Shown: positions 26,503 through 37,600 of the stretch, piece by piece
Layout: the number at the start of each line of letters is the position of its first letter
Numbering within the stretch: position 1 is the stretch's first letter
Assembly: GCA_965223215.1 (NCBI GenBank)
Contig: CBDCVZ010000010.1
Location: 6,912,453-6,976,452 of the forward strand
DNA from: Saprospiraceae bacterium
GTDB lineage: Bacteria > Bacteroidota > Bacteroidia > Chitinophagales > Saprospiraceae
DNA: 64,000 nucleotides
Direction: 5' to 3'
Notes under the pieces: generated by a model
The model's input: only the letters and a program-made list of their open reading frames with translations
Told to the model about the DNA's origin: nothing
Databases searched by the model: none
Position numbers and translations under genes: made by a program

Positions 26503-28563
26503 TTACGATTGGGTCATGATGCTAAATTCTGCATAGGCAGGATTCCCTTGATCAATAGTGGCAAGAGATCGTATCCTAATAAATCTGGTTTTGGTCTGGG
26601 GTATTTTTATTTGCTGCGTGATCGGATTATTTGAGATGTTGCTAAATTCTCCATCAATCAGGGTGACCCAATCTTCGCCATTTACACTTACGTCCAGTGC
26701 GAAATTTTTGATGATGCCCTCCGCCCAACGGTCCTGTCTTGGAAGATAATTGAATCCAATCAGATCTATTTCCTCACCTAAATCAATTGTCAAATAATTG
26801 TCCTGATCAGTCCACCAAGTTTCTGGATCCCCATCAATAAGGTATTCGGCCTCAGGATCAGTTTCCAGGATACGCCAATTCGATGGTGCTATGTCGAAGC
26901 TAGTACTACGAGTATTACTTGATTTCCCCTCGAAAGCACAAAGGGCCTTTACAGTTAATGGCGCAGTATGTAAGAATGGCTCCGTGTATTTACTCGAAAG
27001 GGTAGTGGGCTCACTTCCGTCCATCGTATAGTAAATCGTCGCTTCCTCTTCAGGTAATTCAATCCTTACGAGACCTTGTTTATTTCTCCTGATAACTGGA
27101 GGCACCAGGAGAGGAGATGCATGATAGAGTTCAAGGTTTGAAATGGTTATGGATGCTTTGGCTTCATCGAAATCAATACGAAGTCCCCTGGCTTGAATGG
27201 TTTCAAACCGGAGTATTCTCTTATAACCAATGGTAGTTTCCTGTGCAATTTCTTTCCAACCCGATCGAGTGTGAGCTTTTACTCTAAATGATTTAACTCG
27301 TTGCCCTAAGGCAATATATTCCTGGAGAACGAGACGATTGAATGTTTTATATCCATCAAATTCGACAATGATGGACGCACTATCGATATGGTCTCTGGTG
27401 GCCCAATAGGATTTAAGATCACCGTCAAAGGCTTTTTTTACCGAGTAATTCAAGCCTCTGCGATCGGTTGCGGTACTTATCGTTTTTTCATCTATCAGAT
27501 TGGATGAAAAATCGTCCTTAATCTTTTGGGTCAATGCTTTTAGGCTAGCAACATCATTTTCATGGATAAGTCCCCGGGTATCAACCGGGAAATTCAGTAG
27601 CCAAGTTGTATTTCTCCCAATTGAATTGTAATACATCTCCACCAACTCATGCAGCGTGCGAACTTTGTGGTCTTCGTATGGATGATAATACCAACCGGGC
27701 CGAATTGAAACATTGGTTTCTCCAGGTACAAAATGACTCCCATTTTCTTGGCCTGAGGCAAATCTCTTCGAATAATCCACCATACCAGGATATACCGAAT
27801 CTCTCATCAAATTGGACCACATCGTTCGAAAGGCGTACCCCTCCTCATTGCCCACCCATCGAATGTCGGGTCCCGCATCACTGAAGATTAGTGTATTCGG
27901 TTGCCATTCATGTACCATATCCCAGGTGTTATGCCAATCATAATAAGTGCGCTTATCCACTTTGCGAGATTCGTTGGCCCCACCATAATAACCGGTACCT
28001 CCATTCGCTCCATCAAACCAAGTTTCAAATATTTCACCGTAGTTGTTTAGAAGTTCCTCCAATTGATTTCTCATGTAGGTCAGGTAGGCAGGTTTGCCAT
28101 AGTCGGGATGGTGGCGATCCCAGGGTGAGTAGTAAATTCCGAGTGCCAGTCCAAATTCATCGCAAGCTTCGCGCAATTCTTGTACTACATCACCTCGTCC
28201 ATCCTTCCATGGTGCGTTCTTGACGGAGTGGTCTGTATAGGCGGATGGCCAGAGACAAAAACCATCGTGATGTTTGGCGGTCAGTATGATACCTTTCATG
28301 CCTGCCTCCTGGCACACCCGTGCCCACTGTCGACAGTCGAGCTCTGAAGGATTGAATTGACTTGGCTTTTCACTTCCCATGCCCCACTCCATGTTGGTGA
28401 AGGTGTTCATGTTAAAGTGAATAAAGGCATAAAACTCCATCTCATGCCATGCCAGTTGTTGGGCTGTAGGCGTGGGTTGGACCGCATCTGGTGGCGTGCC
28501 AAGATTCGGACTACAACAGATACCAAATAGGGAAACTAGAAACAAGTAAAAGTATTTCTCCAT
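26503..28563 (-). CDS. alpha-L-fucosidase (GH29) with C-terminal F5/8 type C (discoidin) and chitobiase-C-like domains
   Basis: 686 aa with a signal peptide. GH29 motifs are HHDGFCLWPS and YYSPWDRHH. The tail carries two discoidin-like segments flanking IYYTMDGSEPT. Confidence 0.85.
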   Translation of the reverse strand: MEKYFYLFLVSLFGICCSPNLGTPPDAVQPTPTAQQLAWHEMEFYAFIHFNMNTFTNMEWGMGSEKPSQFNPSELDCRQWARVCQEAGMKGIILTAKHHDGFCLWPSAYTDHSVKNAPWKDGRGDVVQELREACDEFGLALGIYYSPWDRHHPDYGKPAYLTYMRNQLEELLNNYGEIFETWFDGANGGTGYYGGANESRKVDKRTYYDWHNTWDMVHEWQPNTLIFSDAGPDIRWVGNEEGYAFRTMWSNLMRDSVYPGMVDYSKRFASGQENGSHFVPGETNVSIRPGWYYHPYEDHKVRTLHELVEMYYNSIGRNTTWLLNFPVDTRGLIHENDVASLKALTQKIKDDFSSNLIDEKTISTATDRRGLNYSVKKAFDGDLKSYWATRDHIDSASIIVEFDGYKTFNRLVLQEYIALGQRVKSFRVKAHTRSGWKEIAQETTIGYKRILRFETIQARGLRIDFDEAKASITISNLELYHASPLLVPPVIRRNKQGLVRIELPEEEATIYYTMDGSEPTTLSSKYTEPFLHTAPLTVKALCAFEGKSSNTRSTSFDIAPSNWRILETDPEAEYLIDGDPETWWTDQDNYLTIDLGEEIDLIGFNYLPRQDRWAEGIIKNFALDVSVNGEDWVTLIDGEFSNISNNPITQQIKIPQTKTRFIRIRSLATIDQGNPAYAEFSIMTQS

Positions 28564-28751
28564 GGATGTTCGGATTACTTACAAGATAGTGAATCACCCC
28601 ATCTCCTGGCAAACGACCACCCATAGGATGTCGACCATCCTTCGCTGCAAAGTCTTGGGGGTATAGGGTGCGTCCATTTCTTGGTCTTCTTAGGTGGGCT
28701 CGCTACATTTGACCTTGCCTAGATCATCATCTAGATAAGAAATTTTCAAAC

Positions 28752-30374
28752 ATGACAAATAAGGAGATTGCTGCTGCATTTCAACTGCTGGCAAAATTGA
28801 TGGAGCTTCATGGGGAGAATCCCTTCAAGATTCGTTCGTATCAACGTGCTTATGCCTATCTGAGCAAACTCGGTACACCCCTCAGTGAAATGACAGAGGC
28901 TGAAATCGGTGCCCTACCCGGGGTTGGCAAGGCCATTACTGGCAAAATTGGTGAGCTCCTGGCAGTGGGTAAAATGAACACACTCGAACGTTTTAAGGAT
29001 CAGACTCCTCTGGGCATTCAAGAATTGGTATTGATCAAGGGGCTCGGGCCAAAAAAGATCAAAACGGTGTGGGAGACGCTCGGCATTGAAAGTGCAACCG
29101 AGTTCTTATACGCGTGCACCGAGAATCGTTTGATTGAGCTCAAAGGCTTCGGTGCCAAAACACAGCGAGAAGTCAAAAAACAGTTGGAGTTTTTTCTGCA
29201 AAATCGTGCAAAGTTTATTCACGCCAAGATAAAGCCGAAGGCAGATCAGTTATTGAAATTATTGCGGGAAGGATTTCCACAGTTGCGGTTCGAGCTTACG
29301 GGAGGTATTCGAAGATGTCAACCCATTGTCTGTAAGATCGAGGTACTGGTCGGAGCGGAAGCCATTCCGGATGTATCGGTCCTTGGAGATGCTTTCAACA
29401 TCGGCAAGCAAACGGATGAAATGGTGGAAGTCGTTTATGAGGACCACATTCCCCTCACCATTTATCGCGCAGATCCGGGTGCGTTTGCTTTTCATTGGCT
29501 TCGTACCACAGGTCCCAAAGAATTCATTGTCCGGGTCAAGGATAAAACCCTACGAGATGAAGAGGCCATCTTTAAGACCCTCCACTTGCCCTATGTTTCA
29601 CCCGAAGCCCGTGCTCGATTGGCAGAGGATGCACCACCACCCGAAAATTTGATTACCAGAGATCGGTTGAAGGGTGTGATACATAATCACAGCACTTACT
29701 CTGACGGGGTAGATTCCATCTCAGACCTGGCTGATTATGCTCAAACCCGTGGTTATCAGTATTTAGGGATCACCGACCACTCCCAGATCGCCGTGTACGC
29801 CAATGGGTTAGATGAAGCCAAGTTGCAAAGTCAATGGGCTGAAATTGACCAGCTCAATGCTGCTAACCCACACTTTCCGATTTTGAAAGGCATCGAGTGT
29901 GACATACTTTCAGATGGTGGGCTTGACTATGATGAACATATTTTGAGCCAATTCGATTTTGTGATCGCCTCCATCCACACCAACCTTAAAATGGACCGGG
30001 ATAAAGCAACCCGGCGCACGATCAGCGCCATTGAATCACCCTATACTAACATTCTTGGCCATCCGACGGGAAGGTTGTTATTAGGTCGAGAAGGTTATCC
30101 ACTTGACATGCAACTGGTGATTGATGCCTGTGCAGCCAATAAAGTATCCATCGAACTCAATGCGAGTCCCTACCGGCTAGATCTAGACTGGCATTGGATT
30201 CCCTATGCGATGGAGAAGGGGGTATTAATCAGTATAAATCCAGATGCGCATGCCAAGGAGGCCATTGATTATCTTGATTTTGGCGTAAAGATTGCACGTA
30301 AGGGATGGTTGGGTATCGATGGATGTCTGAATGCTAGAGATGTAACCGGCTTTTTGGATTTTTGTAGAAAGTGA
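28752..30374 (+). CDS. family X DNA polymerase-like protein with PHP domain; polymerase active site apparently degenerate
   Basis: 540 aa. The N-terminal 8-kDa/HhH region (IAAAFQLLAKLMELHGENPFKIRSYQRA, LPGVGKAI, IKGLGPKK) is present. The palm motif reads GGIRRCQPIVCKIEVLV where Pol X enzymes have GSxRRGxxxxxDxDxL. The C-terminal PHP motifs HNHSTYSDG and ITDHS are intact. Confidence 0.8.
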   Translation: MTNKEIAAAFQLLAKLMELHGENPFKIRSYQRAYAYLSKLGTPLSEMTEAEIGALPGVGKAITGKIGELLAVGKMNTLERFKDQTPLGIQELVLIKGLGPKKIKTVWETLGIESATEFLYACTENRLIELKGFGAKTQREVKKQLEFFLQNRAKFIHAKIKPKADQLLKLLREGFPQLRFELTGGIRRCQPIVCKIEVLVGAEAIPDVSVLGDAFNIGKQTDEMVEVVYEDHIPLTIYRADPGAFAFHWLRTTGPKEFIVRVKDKTLRDEEAIFKTLHLPYVSPEARARLAEDAPPPENLITRDRLKGVIHNHSTYSDGVDSISDLADYAQTRGYQYLGITDHSQIAVYANGLDEAKLQSQWAEIDQLNAANPHFPILKGIECDILSDGGLDYDEHILSQFDFVIASIHTNLKMDRDKATRRTISAIESPYTNILGHPTGRLLLGREGYPLDMQLVIDACAANKVSIELNASPYRLDLDWHWIPYAMEKGVLISINPDAHAKEAIDYLDFGVKIARKGWLGIDGCLNARDVTGFLDFCRK

Positions 30375-30490
30375 ATCTCAATGAGCCCTTCCTGCATTTT
30401 GTCTGGCGTTTAGGCAATATTTTAGCGCGATAGCCTTTTAATTACTGGTTGAAAACATCTATTTTTACAAAAATTAAAAAAGCACGACAT

Positions 30491-31006
30491 ATGAAACGTT
30501 TCAGATTCCCTCTAACAATCGTGATGGCCGGCCTTTTGGGTCTTATGATAATGAGCTGTCAAGGTGAATCGAAGGAGGCCAAAGATCAGGCTCGAGCTGC
30601 ACTGGAAGGAGATGCGACGGCCGTGCCAACTGCCGAAAATGCGGTTCCCACCCCGGCAGCAGATGCACCAGCAGGACCCACAACCACTGTCGAATTTGCC
30701 GAGACCAAGCACGATTATGGTGTCATAGAGCAAGGTGAGAAGGTCGCTCACATCTTTAAATTTAAGAATACAGGCAGTGAGCCATTGGTGTTGAGTAATG
30801 TTAAGCCAAGTTGTGGCTGCACGACGCCAAAGTGGACAAAGGAGCCGATCGCACCCGGTGCTGATGGTGAAATCCATGTGGAATTCGACTCAAAGGGTAA
30901 GTCAGGAAAGCAAACCAAAACCGTGACAGTCACCGCCAACACAGAGCCTGCCAAGACAGTTTTGACCATCACAGGTGACATTCAAAAACCAGAAGACGCG
31001 AGCTAG
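30491..31006 (+). CDS. DUF1573 domain-containing lipoprotein
   Basis: Lipobox IMSC and a low-complexity Ala/Pro linker. F.F.NTG..PL.....PSCGCT.P.W is the DUF1573 signature. I start it at the ATG at 30491 rather than the upstream TTG. Confidence 0.75.
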   Translation: MKRFRFPLTIVMAGLLGLMIMSCQGESKEAKDQARAALEGDATAVPTAENAVPTPAADAPAGPTTTVEFAETKHDYGVIEQGEKVAHIFKFKNTGSEPLVLSNVKPSCGCTTPKWTKEPIAPGADGEIHVEFDSKGKSGKQTKTVTVTANTEPAKTVLTITGDIQKPEDAS

Positions 31007-31031
31007 AAGTTCTCGAGTGAAAAATATTTAG

Positions 31032-31066
31032 AGCCTGTATAGTATCCACTTATACAGGCTTTTTTG
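31032..31066 (+). terminator. rho-independent terminator after DUF1573 gene
   Basis: 10-bp perfect stem agcctgtata/tatacaggct, 9-nt loop, followed by TTTTT. Confidence 0.7.
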
Positions 31067-31068
31067 TT

Positions 31069-31932
31069 ATGAATCGCTACCTCTCCCTGGTCAAATTTAG
31101 TCACACTCTATTTGCGCTACCCTTTGCGCTGCTGGGTTTTTTTCTGGCCATCTCATTGAGTGATACAGCATGGAGCATGACGCTCATGCTCAAGGTGATT
31201 GCTTGCATGGTGTTTGCCCGTAGTGCAGCGATGGCCTTTAACCGGTATAGCGACCGTGACATCGATGCACTTAATCCGCGCACAGCTCAAAGGGAAATTC
31301 CACGTGGTGTGATTTCACCGCAAAATGCACTGGTTTTCGTAATCCTCAATGCAGTCTTGTTTTGCATCACCACCTTCTTTATTAACTGGATCTGCTTTGT
31401 CTTATCCCCGCTGGCACTCTTAGTCATTCTAGGGTACAGTTACACCAAGCGTTTTACAGCACTTTGTCATTTCGTGTTAGGCTTAGGTCTTGCCCTGGCT
31501 CCGATTGGTGCTTACCTTGCGGTCACTGGGTATTTTTCCGAAATACCGATTATTTACAGTTTAAGTGTGCTATGCTGGGTAGCTGGCTTTGATGTAATGT
31601 ATGCTTTGCAAGACGTGTCTTTCGACACCAACAATCATTTGAAATCAATCCCGGTGTTGCTGGGAGAGCGTCAGGCGTTAAGACTGTCAGTGGGATTGCA
31701 TTTGGTGGCAGCTCTGTTGATTATATATGCAGGCTGGCAAAGTGCATCACAATATGATCAGCTCTCCTTGTTGCACTGGGTGGGTGCAGCGATATTCATC
31801 GGGCTCTTGGTCTACCAGCATATCATTGTTAAACCTGGCAAATTGGACCGAATAAATTTGGCATTCTTTACCACCAATGGGATTGCCAGCGTACTCTTCA
31901 GTACATTTTTTATCAGCGATCTTTTAGGATGA
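31069..31932 (+). CDS. UbiA family aromatic prenyltransferase (4-hydroxybenzoate polyprenyltransferase-like)
   Basis: 287 aa with about 8 TM helices. Asp-rich motifs NRYSDRDIDALN and YALQDVSFD are typical of UbiA-superfamily prenyltransferases. Confidence 0.8.
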   Translation: MNRYLSLVKFSHTLFALPFALLGFFLAISLSDTAWSMTLMLKVIACMVFARSAAMAFNRYSDRDIDALNPRTAQREIPRGVISPQNALVFVILNAVLFCITTFFINWICFVLSPLALLVILGYSYTKRFTALCHFVLGLGLALAPIGAYLAVTGYFSEIPIIYSLSVLCWVAGFDVMYALQDVSFDTNNHLKSIPVLLGERQALRLSVGLHLVAALLIIYAGWQSASQYDQLSLLHWVGAAIFIGLLVYQHIIVKPGKLDRINLAFFTTNGIASVLFSTFFISDLLG

Positions 31933-31976
31933 TTTTCCGGACTTTACCAAGTTTACAGACCACAAGATTTAACTAT

Positions 31977-32591
31977 TTACCGCGGGTTTTGCCGGGTCAA
32001 ATAACGGATCAACTTTTTCATGGCTCTAAATCGGTGACTAATACGATTTTTTTCTTCCGGGTTCATTTCTGCAAAGGTTTGTGAATACCCATCCGGTTGA
32101 AAGATTGGGTCATATCCAAATCCACCTTGACCCCTTGGTATCAGGGTGATCTTTCCGTGGACTTGTCCCTCGAATATTTCTGCTTTACCATTTACCACTA
32201 AGGCAATAGCTGTTAGAAAGGAGGCCGACCGCTCATTCGAATCTGCTAATTTCTGCAGCACCATGGCCATGTTCTTTTCGGCACTGCGCTCGGTACCGGC
32301 ATACCGGGCCGATCGGACACCGGGTTCACCATCAAGTGATGGAATAATGAGCCCGGTATCTTCTGCAAAGCAGTTTTTTTGATAGTGATCGAATACATAT
32401 TGTGCTTTCTGCAGAGCATTTGCTTGAATCGTAGGGCTCGTTTCAGGTATTTCTTCCTGACAGTGAATGTCATCGAGAGATAGAATGGTGGGTAGATTCT
32501 GGTTAAGGACTGGAATGCTGGCAAGAATGCTATTTACTTCTTCCACTTTGTTCTTGTTGCGAGTAGCAAAAACGAGGTTGGAGTTGGCCAT
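31977..32591 (-). CDS. rdgB: RdgB/HAM1 family non-canonical purine NTP pyrophosphatase
   Basis: 204 aa. Motifs FATRNKNK..E, EDTGL, GEPGVRSARYAG and GFGYDPIF are diagnostic of the Ham1/RdgB family. Confidence 0.85.
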   Translation of the reverse strand: MANSNLVFATRNKNKVEEVNSILASIPVLNQNLPTILSLDDIHCQEEIPETSPTIQANALQKAQYVFDHYQKNCFAEDTGLIIPSLDGEPGVRSARYAGTERSAEKNMAMVLQKLADSNERSASFLTAIALVVNGKAEIFEGQVHGKITLIPRGQGGFGYDPIFQPDGYSQTFAEMNPEEKNRISHRFRAMKKLIRYLTRQNPR

Positions 32592-32602
32592 AGGTCAGCG
32601 AT

Positions 32603-33082
32603 TTACAGTGCGAATAGATTTTGCAATGCTGACCACAAGGACTTTTTAAAGGTTTGATTGTTCTGGATTTCAGCCAAGGAATGAGTAAACAGAAAGCGAT
32701 TCTTACCTAAGTCGAAACTTGTATCAAGGGGAGGTTTCACTTGGAGACCTACTGAGATACCGAGCAACCCAAAAATTAGGATCGATTTGTTTTCAGCATT
32801 TTGAAACAGCATGGGTGAGAGTGACTCCTGGTCTTCTAACGCAAAAACACAGACTCCATGAGACCAATCCACTTTTGCAGCGGTCAATATCTTTTGCAGA
32901 AAGTTGAGATTGTCTTGATGCTCTAGAGCAAGCTTGTCGGTGATGACCCAGGTGCCAGCTTCCAGATTACCATGGAACCATTCCGTCGGTAAACTAGGTA
33001 ATTTGTAGTACGCAAGGTCCTGGAAAGTTGGTCGCTGCATCGAGTGGGATTCCTCCGGGGATTTAATGTTCAAAGATTGCAC
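32603..33082 (-). CDS. hypothetical protein
   Basis: 159-aa ORF, 11 nt upstream of rdgB on the same strand. I recognise no motif with confidence. An alternative start at Met15 (nt 33040) is possible. Confidence 0.45.
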   Translation of the reverse strand: MQSLNIKSPEESHSMQRPTFQDLAYYKLPSLPTEWFHGNLEAGTWVITDKLALEHQDNLNFLQKILTAAKVDWSHGVCVFALEDQESLSPMLFQNAENKSILIFGLLGISVGLQVKPPLDTSFDLGKNRFLFTHSLAEIQNNQTFKKSLWSALQNLFAL

Positions 33083-33126
33083 ATCTCGCCGGTAAAATAC
33101 CTAATTTTAGGAGGAAAATAATCACT

Positions 33127-34194
33127 ATGAAGATAAGCTTTAATACCGTTGATCAATCGAGGTTAAGTAGTGTTGATCTCACTAAGATTCCCTTTGGCCG
33201 GGTGTTTACAGATCACATGTTTGTGATGGATTATCGTGAAGGTAATTGGCAGAATGCGCGGATTCAGCCTATTGAACCCATTGAAGTGCATCCAGCTAAT
33301 CTAACACTGCATTATGGTCAATCTATCTTTGAGGGGATGAAAGCAGCTAAAAATCCGGAAGGAATCCCGTTGCTTTTTCGTCCTGAAATGCATGCGCAGA
33401 GGCTAAATGCATCGGCAGAACGCATGTGTATGCCACAAATTCCTGAGGAAGACTATGTAGAGGCAGTAGCTCAAATCGTTTCCCTGGAACGAGATTGGAT
33501 CCCCGAGATGCCGGGAAGTGCGCTATACGTGCGGCCCTTTATGTTTGCCACCGACGAATTTCTTGGGGTGGCCCCATCTGAATCCTACAAATTCATCATT
33601 ATGACACTTCCGGTGGCTCCATACTACAGTAGGCCAGTGTCGCTAAAGGCGTCGCATGAATTTATTAGAGCAGCCAAAGGTGGCGTAGGAGAGGCCAAGA
33701 CATCTGGAAATTACGCCGCATCACTCTATGCCTCTAAACAAGCTAAGTCGGAGGGTTTTGATCAGGTGTTGTGGCTGGATGGCAACGAGTTTCGGTATGC
33801 GCAGGAAGTAGGTACGATGAATATCTTCTTTGTCATTGATCATAAGGTTATCACACCTGCGACGGATGGAGCCATCTTAAAAGGAATTACCCGCGACAGT
33901 TTTCTACAGATACTGCGAACGGATGGATTTGAGGTAGAAGAACGTCCGATATCCATGGATGAAGTTGTCGAAGCTCACGAGTCAGGTAAGCTTCAGGAGG
34001 TATTTGGCTCAGGAACCGCTGCGGTGGCTGTTGATGTTGCTAGAATTGCCTATCGTAGCCATGATATTCACCTCGATCCTAAATCAGATTCGTTGGCCCA
34101 GCGCCTAAAAAACGAGATAAACGGCATGCGTACAGGTCAAATTTCTGATCGATTTGGATGGATTCAACCAGTCCTGGAGACCTCAAATGTGTAG
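33127..34194 (+). CDS. ilvE: branched-chain amino acid aminotransferase
   Basis: 355 aa of fold-type IV PLP enzyme. Motifs LHYGQSIFEGMKA, YVRPF, GEAKTSGNYAASL, EVGTMNIFFV and GITRDS are present. Confidence 0.9.
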   Translation: MKISFNTVDQSRLSSVDLTKIPFGRVFTDHMFVMDYREGNWQNARIQPIEPIEVHPANLTLHYGQSIFEGMKAAKNPEGIPLLFRPEMHAQRLNASAERMCMPQIPEEDYVEAVAQIVSLERDWIPEMPGSALYVRPFMFATDEFLGVAPSESYKFIIMTLPVAPYYSRPVSLKASHEFIRAAKGGVGEAKTSGNYAASLYASKQAKSEGFDQVLWLDGNEFRYAQEVGTMNIFFVIDHKVITPATDGAILKGITRDSFLQILRTDGFEVEERPISMDEVVEAHESGKLQEVFGSGTAAVAVDVARIAYRSHDIHLDPKSDSLAQRLKNEINGMRTGQISDRFGWIQPVLETSNV

Positions 34195-34240
34195 GTTTTA
34201 CCCATGCATTAGTACATATTTCCAAAAAAACAGAAGTGTT

Positions 34241-34275
34241 TGGCCATGGTTTTCAAGCCATGGCCATTTTTTTTT
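34241..34275 (+). terminator. rho-independent terminator after ilvE
   Basis: 9-bp perfect stem tggccatgg/ccatggcca, 8-nt loop, then 9 T. Confidence 0.75.
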
Positions 34276-34641
34276 CACTTTTTTTTCAATGGGCTTATAT
34301 ATAAGAATACAACATATAAAGGATTCTATCATATGATAAAGGATTATAAAGTGAAAACACATTAAAAAAAAATGTAATGTTTATAGTGTTGATTGATAGA
34401 ATTGATCATATGGTTTTTCGGGTTTATGTGTCGTTATAAGGCCGCATTGTGTGCTTTCGCCCTACCATTCACATTAAAAATAATCTTAATACATAAGGCA
34501 GTTTTGGAAGGTTCTTAGCCTACCTAAAAATTCGGGTATTGGTATTGTTCTTGAAGTTAATATGACCGGGTAAAAAAAAACTTTGCCCGCGATTTGACTT
34601 ATGCAGAAACCGAAAATTTTATTTAACCAAAACTGTTACTC

Positions 34642-37600
34642 ATGAAAAAGACGAGTTTTACTTCTTCGGATTATTCGTGTTGGCTCCCTGGGGGATCGAC
34701 GCGCTCTGGTTCGCCCTGGAAGTATCTACAGATAGCATTATTTGTAGTCTTAGGGGCAATCGGCGTTTCGGCGCAGGTGGGACCAAACTGTACGCACATC
34801 AATGCCTCGATCGGGTTTGACGATACCGCACGTGTGACGGTCGCAGAATTAGTGACCAACATCGATGCGATAGCGGCCCAGGGGGATAGTGTGAACATAG
34901 AGATCACTGGCGAGTATGGTCAGCGGATATTCTATGTAGAGAACGTAGGCCCGACCTATGAGATCGCGTTGCACGCGTGTAGATATTTAGGTCGTCAGCT
35001 AAAGGTAAACGTGACCATATTTGGTGGCGGCGGCTCCTGTTGGAGCTATTTGACGTTTAAGCAGGGCAATGCACCTGTGATTATTGGACGAAGCAAGACA
35101 GTGTACTGTTTTGATCCCTTAGTACAAGGCGGGCATATCCATGGGATCCCCCCCTTGGCGATGGTTCCATGTCGCGGTACGGAAGATGCGACCTTTGTAG
35201 CGGATTGGATAGATGCACGCGCGTGTATAGCAGATTCGTTAGGCACGGCGGGCAATGACACGGCGAAGATCATATTGCGCGAGTACGAGGCGTATGATAA
35301 GGAAGGACGGCGCGGTAGTGGATTTGATACGATCATCGTAGTGCGATTGCCACAGATCACGGTAGACAATGCGTTTTGCCCAGAGCGAGACACGGTATAT
35401 TGTGGTACTGGTGGGAAGCTAGGGCCATATATGGTAGTAGGGCGAACCTTCCAGTACGGCGATACGATGATGATGGGAGCGAATGCAGACATAGATCGCT
35501 ATCAAGCGGTGTCGTTTGTACGTACGGAGTATAATGAATCCACGGGCCAATTGGAATTTTATGCGAATGAGTTTGATCCCAAGTGTGGGATTGCGGTGCA
35601 TGTAGATGCCTGGCCATTGAGTCAGGGTGAGTGTGTGAGCCAATACAAAGTGAATGTAGAGGTGAAGCAGAGTTGCTATGGTACTCCGGGTTTGTATACG
35701 ATGTTGGGAGCTAGCAATATCAATGATTTTGTAGATACCTATCATCCGAAGCATTGGGACTATAGTCGAAACAGCAGTTTGGGCTCGATCAACTATGGGG
35801 TGACGAATGTTGGAGCGTTGACCTCGGCTTTTAATGGGACAACGAACAATCTAAATCCGGACATCAAGCTGATCAATAACATGGGCGCGATGGATGTAAC
35901 CTTGGCCAGTGGAGCTGGATCAGGGGAGTATGCACGGATGTGTATCAATGTACCACAGGACGGAGATTTCACGTTCACGATCGTGAGCAATACCGATGCG
36001 ATGAATGGTGGTTACCGGTTAAACGGAGACTTTGTACCGATGGCAGCGGGGACCTATACGCTATCCTTGGAGGCGTGTGATGAGATCTGTTTTGATGTAC
36101 GCGGCACGACCAGTGGGGGAGTAGAGACATCTACGACGATGATGGTAAACGGATTGATGTGGGTAGAGACAGCGATAGCAGCACCGTTGGATAGCATTGC
36201 ACCGGGCTACTGGCGATGTGAATTCTGGGTAGTAGATCTAGATACCTTACCCCCGATTGTAGAGTGTGAGCCCGAGGCGAAGGTGACCAATGAAGACCTT
36301 CTGTTGGGTCCGAACCAAGATACGTTGTTGATACCAGCGGGATCACATGATTGTGCATCGCATAGTTATGTACCACCGGTACGGGTAGAAGATGATTGGA
36401 GTGGTGTGAAGTATGTGAAGGTAATCATACCTGGGATCAGTACGGTAGTGATGGAGAGGAGTGCGGAGGATCCGGATCTGTTTGAGAGCCATAAACAAGT
36501 GAAGATACCACATGGTCCGACCATGCCGATCTACTATGAGGCTTATGACAGCTGTCATAATCTAGGCAGAGATACGTGCTGGGTGAAGGTGAAAGACTTG
36601 ACCAAGCCGGTTGCGGTATGTGATAAAGGAGTGACGGTGAGTTTGAGTGGAAAGAAAGTGTGGGTAGATGCGTACACGTTTGATGAAGGCAGTTGGGACA
36701 ATTGTGAGATCAACTTACTGTTGGCCAGGCGAGCAGATTGGTGGGATGCGTGTGTAGACTTGTGTGATAGTTTCCACGTAGCGTGCTACAGCGATGATGA
36801 GTATCATCACGATACGTTGTGGTGTGCCGATCTGGAAGAAGATAAGCACAAAGACGAAGTAGAGGCACATTACTACAAGACGATGAAGTGGCTGAAGGAA
36901 GATCAGCGCGAGTGCAGTGACATTTTATGGAATGCATGGAAATATGATTTGTGCAAGAAGTATATGTTAGAGTGCATCGATCATCCGTATGACTTTGATG
37001 AGCACGAATTCAAGCGCTTGTTCAAGGAATTGAACTGTGTGGAAGAATTTGAAGGCATTACGACGATTACCGATGAGTTGATCGATCAGTGGGATCAGAT
37101 CGGCGGAGGCTGGAGCGATGCGGTACCGTTTGATTGTGACGATGCGTGTGAGGAGGTGGTAGTAGAACTACTGGCGATGGATTACTGGTGCAACTGGAGT
37201 CGCTGCTGGACCTATGTGTTGGTAGAAGACAAGACACCGATCCAAATCGTACACGATGTCCAGGATAAGGAAATCAGCTGTGCGGGATACAAAGATGATA
37301 TCTACGAATATCCGAATGTGATCCATCCAGTGAGCATTGAGTGGATCATCGATGCGGCGAAAGAAGGAGATGAAGTAGCCTTGGCGAAGTTGGATGAGAT
37401 ATTTGGAGGATACCAGAAGGTATGGAGAGATGAGTATGGCAATGTACCCGAGGTAGATACGGCATATTTTTATGATCAAGAATGTATCTGCAGCACGTTT
37501 GTGAAGCAAGAGAAGGTATATGACGACCATCTGGGGTACATATGGAAGGAATATGAATACGATTCATGTTGGGTAGACACGGTCCATCACGAGGCATACT

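Noticed and set aside
26326-26634. A 102-aa plus-strand ORF bridging the TBDR 3' end and the fucosidase 3' end.
   Set aside because: It overlaps two well-supported convergent genes and has no motifs.
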